Part shown: positions 38,028 through 49,908 of the stretch, piece by piece
How the letters are laid out: each line of letters begins with the position of its first letter
How positions within the stretch are numbered: position 1 is the stretch's first letter
From: Balanoglossus misakiensis
Taxonomy: Eukaryota; Animalia; Hemichordata
Assembly (NCBI GenBank): GCA_040954595.2
Contig: CM082589.2
Location: 4,850,213-4,914,212, forward strand
Length of the DNA stretch: 64,000 nucleotides
Direction of reading: 5' to 3'
Made by a program: the position numbers and the translations under genes
The notes under the pieces: generated by a model
What the model was told of the DNA's origin: nothing
What the model saw: the letters and a program-made list of their open reading frames with translations, nothing else
Database searches by the model: none

Positions 38028-40669
38028 AGCGAACTTTACTATCCTTGTGGCGAGTTGCGTGTAATATGAAGGCGCATGTACCTGGGGAAAATCGCACGGC
38101 AAAAGAACTAATTAGTGAGGATAACTTACAAAGGTGTTGTATTGGTCCAAGAGACTGTTCGTCGGGTGCAGCAATTATATGTTGTGTACACTATGACGTC
38201 TGCGGCTCGTGAGCAGGTCGATTAACTGTACATTATGTCCACCTGGTTTAAAGCACTTAGCGCGATCATGTGAAGAGGACTTGAACATCGAAAGAAGATT
38301 CCTTGTTGAGAAATCACATTTAGTTAAAGGGGCACATTTGCTGACGTTGGCATTGCTATGGATACGAGTATTAACGCTACCTGTGAACGGAACTGTTCAT
38401 TGGAAAACAAAATGTCAGCTGTGTCTAGCATGTGCCCCTTTAAGCATTGTCAACTATTGCAATCCCCATACTAGCCTTCGCGTGGCCGTTCACGACTTTA
38501 ACATTCAACCACCATAATTTGAGACACAGGACACGCAAAAGCATTTGCAGTCAGTCTGCGAAATGATATCGAGTAAATCTATATATTTCGCCGTGGACTA
38601 GAACACCTGTCGGAAGCAGGTTATCTGACAAAGACCGTGTATTTTAGGTCATTCTGATCTCTATCTGTTTGGCTGTTTGTATGCGTCCATGTGTCGTGAT
38701 ATGATTTCTATGCCACCATTCTTTCTAAATGTCAACGGGCATGCACGAACTATACACTTGATTCAAATAAATAGACAACAGAGAAAATATTTTAAATTGC
38801 GGCGCGTGCTTCAATTTTTTTCCTGTGCCTTCAAGTGCACGGCTTATGATAATTCCGGGATTCATTCCCCTGACCTATATTTAGGCTGGAACATTGTAAT
38901 ATAATGTTGAAAATGGGTCGTTAAATTAACAGTCATCCACTTCATTAATCTTACCTGTGTGTTTTAATATCGCAATGTGAACCCACAGTGTGAACCCACA
39001 CTGATAAAGTAATAATCACGAAAAATGTCGACCCTTACGATTAGTGCAAACGTATCGCCAACCGTTGATAATTTTTTACGATAACGCTCTCCAGTAAATC
39101 AACACAGAAACGTTTTTTTAAAATAAAAACATTTCATATTTTAGTAACAACGGAAATGTGTTTCAAACAAATGATATTAGCAAGAAGCATAAGCTGACGT
39201 GGGAGTGTAATGACACTCATCGACGTTTCGAATTGCACGCAAAATCGTGCGATTAATCAATAAACGATGCAGTGAGCAAAATTGTTCACGTTCGATGTCA
39301 AATGCGTCTGCATATAAACAGATTAAACGCTGCATACGCTGAGATCATTCAGATATGCCGTAAACGAGATTTGGGCTCGTCTTTTAGCAATATGGTGTTG
39401 TACATGTATTGGGGCGAGCTAAGCGTTAAAAATTGAATAAAAATTCGGAAGGAGGGAGAGGTCGTGAAAGTGTTCCTTACCCACTCAATCTTTCACAGCG
39501 GCAGGTCTTTGTTGATTTTATCGGCGATGTTTGTTCACTTGCCCGGGGAGACGGATAAGGTAAACCGCTTCTAATCCCCGAACGTGTTCATCTTTTTTCA
39601 CCGTTGCCACCCGCAAAAGACTCACTGAATGTCTCTTAAAAGATGAACATAAACCGAGTTTTCCTTCCGGTCGCCAGCTTCGTTAATACCGCTTCATCCT
39701 CGCGGGATTTTAGAAATACCAATGCAGTGTACAAGATACATTTCAATATTTCCCCGGTGCCATGGCAACAACCATGTTGTTATAAACGACGAATGGCCTC
39801 GGGGATGCGCCGAGATTCGCGCTTTCGGGCACAACGTCGGTTGTTAGCGGAACAATTCAAGTTTCAACGCCTTGCGTACACTGAAACACCGCGAAATGAG
39901 TATATGCCCCGATTTAGCCGATGTGCTCTTCCTGCGCATGTGCAACGCAATACGACCAATTCAATTAATATTGGTCTGCCTGCAGTTCATGTATATTTTC
40001 TCATCTTAAAACACATCAAACTGCACGCGCACATATATAGAGAGAGACAGAGAGACATCTGTTAATTAGCTCACGTGTATTAACACGTGATTTAAAACGC
40101 CAGGATGTAAAGGTTACATAGGTGAAAGTGGCTTATTTAGTGTATACAACTTTGTCGTACACCCGCTTGTATATCGCTCGGTGCTGTTGACGCAGTTGCA
40201 TTTGTAAGTAAAGTTCCATAGTACTTCAATCAATGCGGTGTTTATGGAATGTTAAGTCAACTTTATCAGATGTGACGATACATATTTGAGCAAGGCCTGA
40301 AGACAAGGTGACCGTGAATCCCACAAGCCGAACTAGGCCTGCACAAACTATTCCGGTCCAATGGGAAAAACAACGTTTTGTCGGATACAACCGGATATAT
40401 GAATTGCACACTAAAGAAATTGCTAAGAGAGATATGGCGTGTTTTTGGAGGGCAAATCTCGGACACAGTTGGTATTGTCATGGTAATCACCAGCAGAGTA
40501 AGTGCCGAGTTTTTTAGGTCACATTTGGTATATGTATACCAGTGGGACCAGACGGGATCGTTGCGTCTGTCTATATCTGCCTGCCTGCCTGCCTGCCTGT
40601 CTGTCTGTCATCATCATTGTGTTAATTCATCGTGGTTATTGACTGCCCATTTTGTTATACAACAGCACC

Positions 40670-42029
40670 ATGCAAGGTTTGAAGACACTGGTTCGTTTCC
40701 CGGAGGATTATTTTAAGGCATTAGCTACAGTAAGGAAGTATGTCATACACAACTATTATGAAGAAAGGCAGAACAATACACGGCGTACCTTCGAAAGGTT
40801 TGAGTTCAAAGGAGACAGACAATCTGAGCTCCAAGTGCTTGGTATAGGAACAGGAGACGGTGAGTATGATGTTATTATCTTCTGTTGAACTCAAATGTGT
40901 AGTTAATCAAAGAGGTTGAGTAGTATAATTCGCGAACGTACAGGTTAGTAGTCAGAGAACTATACTAGTATAAACATGTACATGCACAAAAATGGCATCA
41001 CCAATATTATGATGCTTGGTGTAAAACAATCGCAAAACCAGCTCGTCTTAATCTCATAATCATAGTCATTTTCATTGTGACAATACAGGTACAAATTTCA
41101 ATCACCTAACAGGTAACATGGATATTCCCATAATTGACACGTTGTGTGGCAAACATCACCACATCAGCTTTTATGTTGCGGAACCCGCGGAAAGTGAAGT
41201 TGACAAGTACAAGACGCTGGTGGCGTCAAAACAGGAACAAGGCCTCTGGAAGAATGCTGATTTTGAATTCCATCGCCCGGGAACTGTTGAAAGTTACCTC
41301 GATGATGCTAAAGCAGGGAAGATTCAGAACAGGTTTGACGTCATTCATCTCCAAAGCAGTGCCTATCATATTAACAACATCGAAGACGTCTTTGTAGAGT
41401 TATACGGACTGCTGAACACCGGTGGAGTGTTATTCAATATGATGACTTTCGGTAAGTAAAGTCCGAAAGGTGCTCATTCCTACATCAGAATACATTGTAT
41501 ATACATGCATGGTGAATTAAACAAGCATTATCAAGGCTGTCGCTGATCGATAAAACTCGTTATTGCAAACGTACTGCAGATTATTATGTGCATGGTTCAC
41601 TACTACATAACTTTGGCATTGCCTCTCATTTATGCGAGAACGGGGAAAATTCCCGCTATATTCTTCTCCTCTTCAGGCGCCTGGGAGAAGATTTTTCTGC
41701 GAATGGGAAAAATAATCCCTGACCCTATGCCATGCCACTTTGGATCTGCTACGCTTCGCGAGATGTTGCAGCGACGAATGCCACACGTTAAGATCACCCG
41801 GGAACTCCATGGAAACTACAATTTCTGCATTGACGAATGCTTCAAAGAAGACTCTGAAGACGGAAATGCGATGATTGATTTCCTGACCCAAGTCCACAAC
41901 TTCAGACAGGAAGCACCCAAAGGCATATTGGGGGATTTCATGAATTTTTTGAAAGAGGAATGTTGTTACAAGGTCGGCGATAATTTAATGTTTCTTGGGG
42001 AAGAGGAAGGCATTGTGATTATTAAGTAG
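40670..42029 (+). CDS. Histamine N-methyltransferase-like SAM-dependent methyltransferase, 293 aa; exons 40670-40859, 41113-41451, 41677-42029
   Basis: Motif I LQVLGIGTGDG, acidic motif II VAEP, FDVIHL, LLNTGG, and C-terminal IDECFKEDSEDGNAMIDFLT resembling HNMT [20 protein letters not shown]; phase-1 GT-AG introns keep frame; AATAAA at ~42078. Confidence 0.9.
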
Positions 42030-43350
42030 AAATTTCAGAGTCTTATAGTTTTCGGATGAATGAATGTACGATGTACAAATAAAAGCGTTGAAAACGTGTC
42101 CTACGTTTGAGTGAGCGGCCTCAACGTTCAACCGAGAAAAGCTTTGGTGGCGAACTGGTGGTAGTGAACACGCTCTTTGACTAACACATTTGAGAAATCA
42201 CTTGATATAAGAAACACGGGAACCCTACCGTTGATCAGATCGCCTCCATAGAGACACATAAGAAAATACAGTAGGCCTGCATATTCCCTCCCATATCTAC
42301 GCCTTCTGCTAAACGCATTTTATCCCCCCTCCCCTGCTCAAAGTATATCCCGACCCTTTTCTTTCCCATCGTTCTCACACCCTGAGACATTAATCTTCAC
42401 TGTTCCCTATCAGTGCTGTAGGAAAATAGGAGCAACCGTAAATATGCAAAGGTCAAAGAACTGGTATAGTGGGTTCAGCCAGTTGACTGGGGTTGGCATA
42501 CCACAGTTTTCACTTGCATTCATCCTCGTCTGTTCCAATATCTCCGACTCGAAAAGAAGATCGTGGCAGTTTCTGTTCTGTAAGTATTATAGACGAGAAT
42601 CACGGGGGGGGGGCTACTTTTCGAGCAAACACATCGTTAGATTTGCAGAAATGCTAGTATAAGAAGTTTTACTTGGACTTGTACATGTATATAAACATTT
42701 TCATTTGCATTTGGTAACCTCCAGAAAACTAAATGCGCGCTTCGTCAGCCATTTGTTGGCGGCCGAACTTGAAAATAGCGTTTCGTCGGAATGATATTGT
42801 AACTTCACTGTGACAAATGTGTCTACGGGTATCATCGGGATGCCAAACCCCGCACGGCAGAATTCAGCAAATTAATGTGCACGCATCTTTAAATTCCCCA
42901 CATTTCAACGGGCAACAGTTGGATTTTTTGACGATTTATGGAGGTTAGTCCACGATCACGTGTGACCGTGGTTAGACATATCATGGCCAAAATTGAGTTT
43001 AATATTTACTGATACGCCTATATTCAGAGATGTGGGACGGGAGTGTTTGGCACAATATCATGACCATTATATACAGCTATTATATTTGATCGTCGTACTG
43101 ACAAAGAGACGTGTTTGGCCGCAGAGACTGTAAACAATTTTGCGCGTTATTCCTTGAAGACCGGGGTTAGTGGAGGTCAGCGTGGGGTAGTGTACTGGTA
43201 GCCGATATTGTGATGTCTCCAGTTAAACTTAACTCCGACAATAGACGCGTAGGTCGTAAATAGGTGCCCCCAATGTCCTTGGGAACAGACGAGGGCGCTA
43301 GGCTTACAGGGATGTATTGATGCACCTCTCTTTCATTTCAGCTCCAAATC

Positions 43351-44976
43351 ATGGAAAAATCAAGGATACTGATCCTCCTCTGCCTACATGCCACCGTAGT
43401 CATCGCTGACGAATCGTCTCCATTTCTGGACATGTCTTATCTCTACAACGGGGACACCTTCTCGTACCCTGGGCTTCCCGCTTTCGACTTGACGATAATG
43501 GAGAGAGGCTACTCGGACGCGTTTGGCGTCTACATCGAGATGAACAAATTCTGCATGTTTGAGCATTGCGGCACGCACATGGACGCCCCGGGTCACTTCT
43601 ATGAGGTACGTTCAATGGGTCAAAGTTCGAGCTTGGAATCCAGTCAGATGCGTTTGTATTTGTAATATAAGTACTTATATGGTTATCCCTCTTACACAGG
43701 GCGCACTTCGCGTACATGAGGTGCCACTAACAAGCCTAATAGGCAGCGCCGTCAAAGTGGACATCAAAGCCAAGGTGGACGAGGATGTGGACGCCCTATT
43801 AGAAATTTCTGACTTGGAAGCCTGGGAAGAGGCCAATGGTCGGATTCCCGACGACGTCATACTTATGATATATTACGGCTGGGGCAGTCGGTACGGAAAT
43901 AAGGTTTGTGCGTGACTGACTATCAACCCATATACCTATATACCCATCTACAATGTTACACGCTTAGATGTTGGGGGGATTATTGTCGAATAAAATGAAT
44001 ACAAAGCGATAGGTATCCATTTTGGGGAGAATGGTGTTAATCTGTGATTTGCTGCCATTTTCATACAGTTTTATCAATTCTACACACAGTAATGAATGTT
44101 AATACATACCATTGCATGTTAAGGCGGATGAAAGTGATTGTTTTCCATTGAAATCTCCATATATATGTTAATGGGATCCAAAATCTTCCAAGGGCGAATG
44201 ATCTTGATCTTCATGATCCACTTCATCTTTATTTTCTTCGGCAGACGCTGTTTTTTGGCACAGACACAAACAATACCGAATTACTACATTTCCCGGGAAT
44301 GGGTCATGACGCGGCGAGGTGGCTAGTGAACAACAGAAAGGTGAACGAATCGTTTGGTTTTTTTCTTCTGATTTATCTGCAACGTTGAATTTCACCTCCA
44401 GAGGACTCTCCCTTGAATTGCACGATAGGAATAGCGGCTGCTTGTTGACTGAACTTGCTCTCACAACAACGTACCTACAACAATGCATACATACATGATA
44501 AGATGTATGCATATTGCTGTCTCTCCCGTACAGGTTAAAGCCATTGGTGTTGACACGCCCTCTTTCGAGCGTGGCAAGGGAAGGACATTTGGTAGTCACG
44601 TCATCGTATTTGAACATAACATACCGGGTAAGGACAGATTCACAATGTACGTCCTTCCTATTTTCTGTATGTAGTCACACTCTTCCGAAGTTGACATTAT
44701 TTAATTCGAGCACTAACTATGGGTGTACTTACACTTGCAGTCTTCGAGATGGTAGCCAATCTTGACAAGTTGCCAACGAAAGGTGCCACGGTTTTCGCCA
44801 TACCGATGAAGATAGAAGATGGCAGCGGGGCTCCAGTGCGCATCTTTGCCACCGGGTGGCGCCCTGACGTGGCTAACCCGTTCACCATGACAACTTGCGC
44901 CAGTCAACCGCTTGCATCGCATTCGAGCAATATGGTGTTTGTCTTAGGTCTTGTTTTGTTGTATGCCTTCTTTTAA
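43351..44976 (+). CDS. Cyclase-family (KynB kynurenine formamidase / isatin hydrolase-like) metal-dependent hydrolase with signal peptide and probable GPI signal, 294 aa; exons 43351-43605, 43700-43903, 44245-44340, 44534-44627, 44741-44976
   Basis: HxGTHxDxPxH motif (EHCGTHMDAPGH), LHFPG, AIGVDTPS, SH, FEMVANL, PMKIEDGSGAPVRIFA; N-terminal ILILLCLHATVVIA; C-terminal MVFVLGLVLLYAFF-stop; splice phases consistent. Confidence 0.93.
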
Positions 44977-46047
44977 ATTGACAATGAAAATGGAGAGAAA
45001 CATCCACTAGTTATCGGCCCTGAACTGTTCAAATCATGTTTAATAGAACACATAATCTTATTTGGTGATATGGGGTGAAAAATACTTATCCATCAACATT
45101 ATTGTTGTTGTTAAAGTTTTGTAGCTATCGCGAAGAATATTTTTTTTGTAAATTAACCCCGTAAGTTTTGTATACCAAACTTCCTAAGTAAAACAGAAAA
45201 GCGCTGTCTCAAACATATGCTTGTGTGATTCTATGTTGAAGGACAATAATTTTTTTTACTAATTTTTCATAATGCATATATTAAGCTGATCGATATGGCG
45301 AAATATTATGAAATCGTGTTAAAATAAAGGTTAACCAATTTACTATTATAAGACACGGAATAGTCATTTGGTTATTCCAGTTCGTTTATAGGCATTGACT
45401 TGAATATCGCGCGATACTGGTATCTGATAAGGAGCCTTGGTGCTGATCACCGAGAGAGTCTAATCCTCTCCGAATCAGATTATGAGAAATTTAATTAAAT
45501 TGCTTTTCCTACAAAAACAACTCCAGCGAAGGCAATTGTGAAGATGATGTACTGGTTCAAGTGGAATAGGGTCACTTTGCCGATAGTCTTCGATAGTAGC
45601 TACACTTTGAGGTAAGCAGTAAACACACTGACTATTCGCCGATCTGCGATTCATCCCAGGAATGGGCGACATCGTGAAGCCGTGACGACTGTTACAGACT
45701 GTTCCCCAGGTGAATTGCTCGGATATGAACCTTAAATTATGTTTAGTGACCATTTTAATGGAGTATCATAATGCACTTCAGTGTTTATTCGATAATTGAC
45801 CGAAAGTTTTAACCGACGCGCTTTCAAACGCGGTCTCTCGTTACGACCAAGGCCGTGTCTTCACCATGATCAGCGGCGTTTCCAAATTTCCACGCCCGCA
45901 AACTATATTTACAGCCACTGGGCCACCGGCCGGTGCGGTATAGTGTTATCGTCTGGCCATGATCGTCTGGCCATGGTCTTGTCTCTCTCATATTTACACT
46001 GTCTCATTCTCTGTCTGTCTGTCTTCAGTAGGTGACGACACACTAAA

Positions 46048-47031
46048 ATGTCACTGACGGGCCAGCAAACCGCTGCGACGGGAGAGCCAATCACCAGGAC
46101 AACAACTGCCTGGACAACAATGAGAAACGCCCAGGCAGATGACTGGCAAGGTTTGCAACACGTTATTAGATTCTGTGAACCATCGCTCAATTTTAAGAGG
46201 GTTTCTATAAAAAAAAAAGTATGCTTTCCCACGCATGTTGAGAGGCTCTATGTTTCTCAAAACACTGACAGGAAATTGAATGTTCTGTTATGTTCTGTTC
46301 ACATATTCCCATATATATGGTTAAAATGAAGCGTTCAAATCTTCTAATGACTATATGGTGGCGCACCATTTTCGCGTGGCCGTTAGTTAAAATCAATGAT
46401 TGGTGAGATCTCAACCGTGGTTACAATTGCATAAGTACTCATGTTGCAGTAGGTCAAAATAAACATATTTTGACTGTATTTTCATCGAGTAGATCATTCA
46501 TTCGAGTTTATTTATAAAGATTCATTTACCGCAGATTTGCCATACCCTCTGATAGGGTACGTTGTTGCTGCCATGGTCAGCACAGTGATTGCAGTTCTAT
46601 TGTTTCTAATATCATTGCATAAAAGGTGAGTATCTCGTCAAGCAAGCATGACGTAAGTGCCAAAGTTTACTGACGTGAAAACGTTGTCTGTTTATATAAA
46701 ATATCATCAGCTCATTTATTAGAAAACTTTAAGATTTCTCAAAACGGGACTCAATATTGTTTTTGTATTTTTATAGCAACCTAGGCTTACTTAATTTTTA
46801 TGATAGATATCCAATTTTATCCATGACCGAAGTGCTCCTGTGTTTTACAGATGCTCCCATCGAGTGTCGCCGGCTGACATGGATGGTGAAAGCGCCACCA
46901 ATATTGACGATCTTGCCTGGGATAATTCAGCAAACCGAGGCAACGACATGAAAAATTCCCCCGACACGAACACCACTGACAGATCCCCGGAAATTATACA
47001 AGAACGTCCAATTGACAATAAACCCGTCTGA
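46048..47031 (+). CDS. Uncharacterised small single-pass membrane protein, 124 aa; exons 46048-46150, 46535-46625, 46851-47031
   Basis: Spliced ORF MSLTGQQTAATGEPITRTTTAWTTMRNAQADDWQD-LPYPLIGYVVAAMVSTVIAVLLFLISL-HKRCSHR...IDNKPV; phases 1 and 2 match across both introns; Thr-rich N-terminus, hydrophobic helix, basic stop-transfer. Confidence 0.72.
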
Positions 47032-47064
47032 TTGCAAGATTTCTATTTGTGCGTGTGTGTGTGC

Positions 47065-49908
47065 CTACTTCTCCAACTTCAGTATAGCTCTTCCTTCAAT
47101 CTGACCAGCTTGCAACTTCGACATGAGATCAACTGCTTCATCTAATTTATGGATGGTGTGTGGTAAAGTCGTCACCTATATAGGACGTATAATAAAATAA
47201 TACTTCGATAAACTGTGAGTACAGCGGTGTAGGTGAGCCACGGACCTTGCGCTATTGAGAAGCCCGAAGTGCACACTTTTGAAAAAGATGCAGCTAAGTG
47301 ACCTCGATACAAACCACAATGAGTATGATAAAGTCCGATCTGATTCAAATCAGATGTAGGGTACGGCGACGTCTTTTACTTCGAGGTAAAACGGTATTCT
47401 TATGCTGTTGCCTCACACTAGGAATACCGTACCGCGAAGAAAAATACGTCGCCGTACCCTACATCGGATTTTAATCAGATTAAATAAAATCGGCCCTTCA
47501 GAAACAGTTCCTTACCTTGCCTTCTGCGACCAAGCCAACTAAATCTTTCATCTGTTGGAGGGTCCCTGCATAGATCCCTTGGAACCCCACGCTTCTGGAT
47601 ATCGCGTCGAACAGCGGTATCTCAACGGTGTCGCCCTGGAGACCAATGTTTATGAGCTTGCCATGCTGGAATAAATCACAATGTCATAATTGTTACTTCA
47701 CCAAGATATTTTATAGATATGAGAACACCTTGCCTGGAAACGGCTGTCCCCGCGCCCCTCCAAATAGCACAATTCGATGAATTATTTCCATATATATATG
47801 ATCGGAATCATCGCCTACCTTCATCACAGAGTTGTACGCTATGTTGAAAGTTTGTTTCCGCGCCACAAAATCGAGAACGACGCGTGGACCCCCTTCTGGA
47901 AAAGCTGAAATGGTCTTCTTTATCAGTTCCTCTTCCGTTTCTCCAAGAGGCCAGTGGATGACGTCATCACAACCTGATTCCAGAGCCAATGATAGCTTCC
48001 CTTCCTAGTATGCAAAACATGTGATGTTTAAAATTCGAAGAGGAAATTTTGCAGTAGCGAGAGCAAATACACTTTTTGGCTTTAATCACTCATAATCAAG
48101 GAAGCTCAATCATTTTTTTACCGGCTAAGAATACATTTATTCGGAAAGCCTAACTTCGAAGAGAAAAAATAAGCCATTTACTGTATACGTAGTAGCTCAG
48201 TAATCCGTAAATCCTCTACATAAGAAACCCAGTTCACTTGTTTGGGCATGTGGTATTTAGACTAAGAAGTAATACAAGAAACCCGAGACAACATAGATGA
48301 CTCACAGCAATGTCTGCACACAACAACTGACATTTCTCCTTGTGTTCAGTCTTCACAATGTACTTCAGAAGTTTGACTGCAGAAAGGCCGAGTCCCCCTG
48401 CGCCAATCACCAAAATTCCACAGTTTCCTAATTAGAATAAACATAATAATGGTTAACTAATCAACCAACCAATCAATCAATAGATTAATCAAGCCATCCA
48501 CCATATGAGACTTTTTTCACTCCCCTATAGGTAGTAAAATCCTACTTAAATTTAGCAGTGCTGCTATACTCTAAGCTCACCTGTAACGGGCAAGATGTCT
48601 TCGATAAATTTCACCGCGGTAGTCACAGCATTGTAAGCAGTCAGCATTCCACATGCGAGCATGCCAGCGCATTCTTGCGGAACTGTTGTCGGCCGTTGTA
48701 TCAGATATTTCAACTTTGGCACTGCTACATATTCTGCGTACCTGGAGTCAAATATCCCAAAAGTGTAATGAAATGTTGACGAAAGCTCTACTACTGTATT
48801 GTGAAATGTAATGGATGAAAATTTGGCTCATGTACACATATACTCCATATGGATCGAAATTAAACATTTTTGCCACATTTCAGTGCAGTATCACTTTAGA
48901 CTCTTCCCTTGAGTTGAAATGTCATAGACAATGGAAGCAAGTTCATTTCCCGTAAAATAAATAAAGAGCCATATAGCTATTACCCTCCGTTTTTGGTGCA
49001 TCCAAGTTCCGTTATAATTTCGGGATCATAAGGCCTCACACAGAGGTCCATCTGTCCAGCACAACAGAACTTGCAGTCGTCGCATCCAATCCACGGATAC
49101 ACGATGACGTCATCGCCCTGTGCAAGCCCCTCGGGGTTGTCAGCCAAGTTACCAATGGAATGGATGGTACCTGACATCTCATGGCCTGGTGTGAAAGAAA
49201 ATACACGCGTGTTACAGACATAGATGGATAAACTCAGTCGACATCACACAAACCTCACTACATATTAAGCTAATTAATATAGTATAAACTGGTGGTTGTA
49301 AATGTAAATAAAGTTTACTCAAGTTTACCATCTTCGCTTCTTCCATATTTTGATTAAAATGATCCTTAACATGAAACGCACTTTTCAGAGACAAATGTAT
49401 ACCAAGTAAAATATTATCTTGCATTACCTAAAATAATTGGCAACGTGGGCGCTTCTCGCCAAAGATGGACATCGCTGTGGCACATACCACAGTAGGACAC
49501 CTACAATATAAGGGAGAAAGTTTCTTCATGAAAACACCGGAGAATTTTCTGTTGGTCTCACATTTCGGGTCACTGGGATAATAAGGACGACGGCAATGAA
49601 GAATGTATTGATCCCACACACTCCAATTCACAATAGTAACAATAATTTTACAGAAGAGGCGCTCCTTGCTGACATGTCACTACTACCCCCAAGTAAATTG
49701 AGCCTTGGTCTCTAGCAATAAATAGTATTTTCCGTGCGAATACACCTCTTCAATATACATGTGCAGGCATGCAGTCAGTGGCCATACCGACCTTGATTAT
49801 AGCACCCTCTTCTGGCAGTATAGGCATCGGGTGGTCATCGATGACTTGCAGGGGTGCAGGGGCCATCTCGACCAGTTTAACACATCTCATTGTTTTTTGG
49901 ACATCCAT
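47065..49908 (-). CDS. Zinc-dependent medium-chain alcohol dehydrogenase, 373 aa; exons 49908-49792, 49500-49428, 49185-48984, 48741-48581, 48427-48306, 48004-47819, 47665-47516, 47175-47065
   Basis: CGMCHSD, LGHEMSG, structural-Zn CDDCKFC...C, LACGMLTAY, Rossmann VIGAGGLG with CADI, IEGRAIL; all phases consistent. Confidence 0.95.
47338..47480. mobile_element. 143-bp palindromic MITE-like insertion in the last ADH intron
   Basis: atctgattcaaatcagatgtagggtacggcgacgt...acggtattc / gaataccgt...acgtcgccgtaccctacatcggattttaatcagat. Confidence 0.8.

Noticed and set aside
38028-38102. Longer N-terminus for the sulfotransferase
   Set aside because: Starts at a non-ATG codon and crosses a splice acceptor; ATG 38027 gives the typical type II topology
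39643-40065. 140-aa ORF upstream of the methyltransferase
   Set aside because: No motifs; lies in the probable promoter/UTR interval
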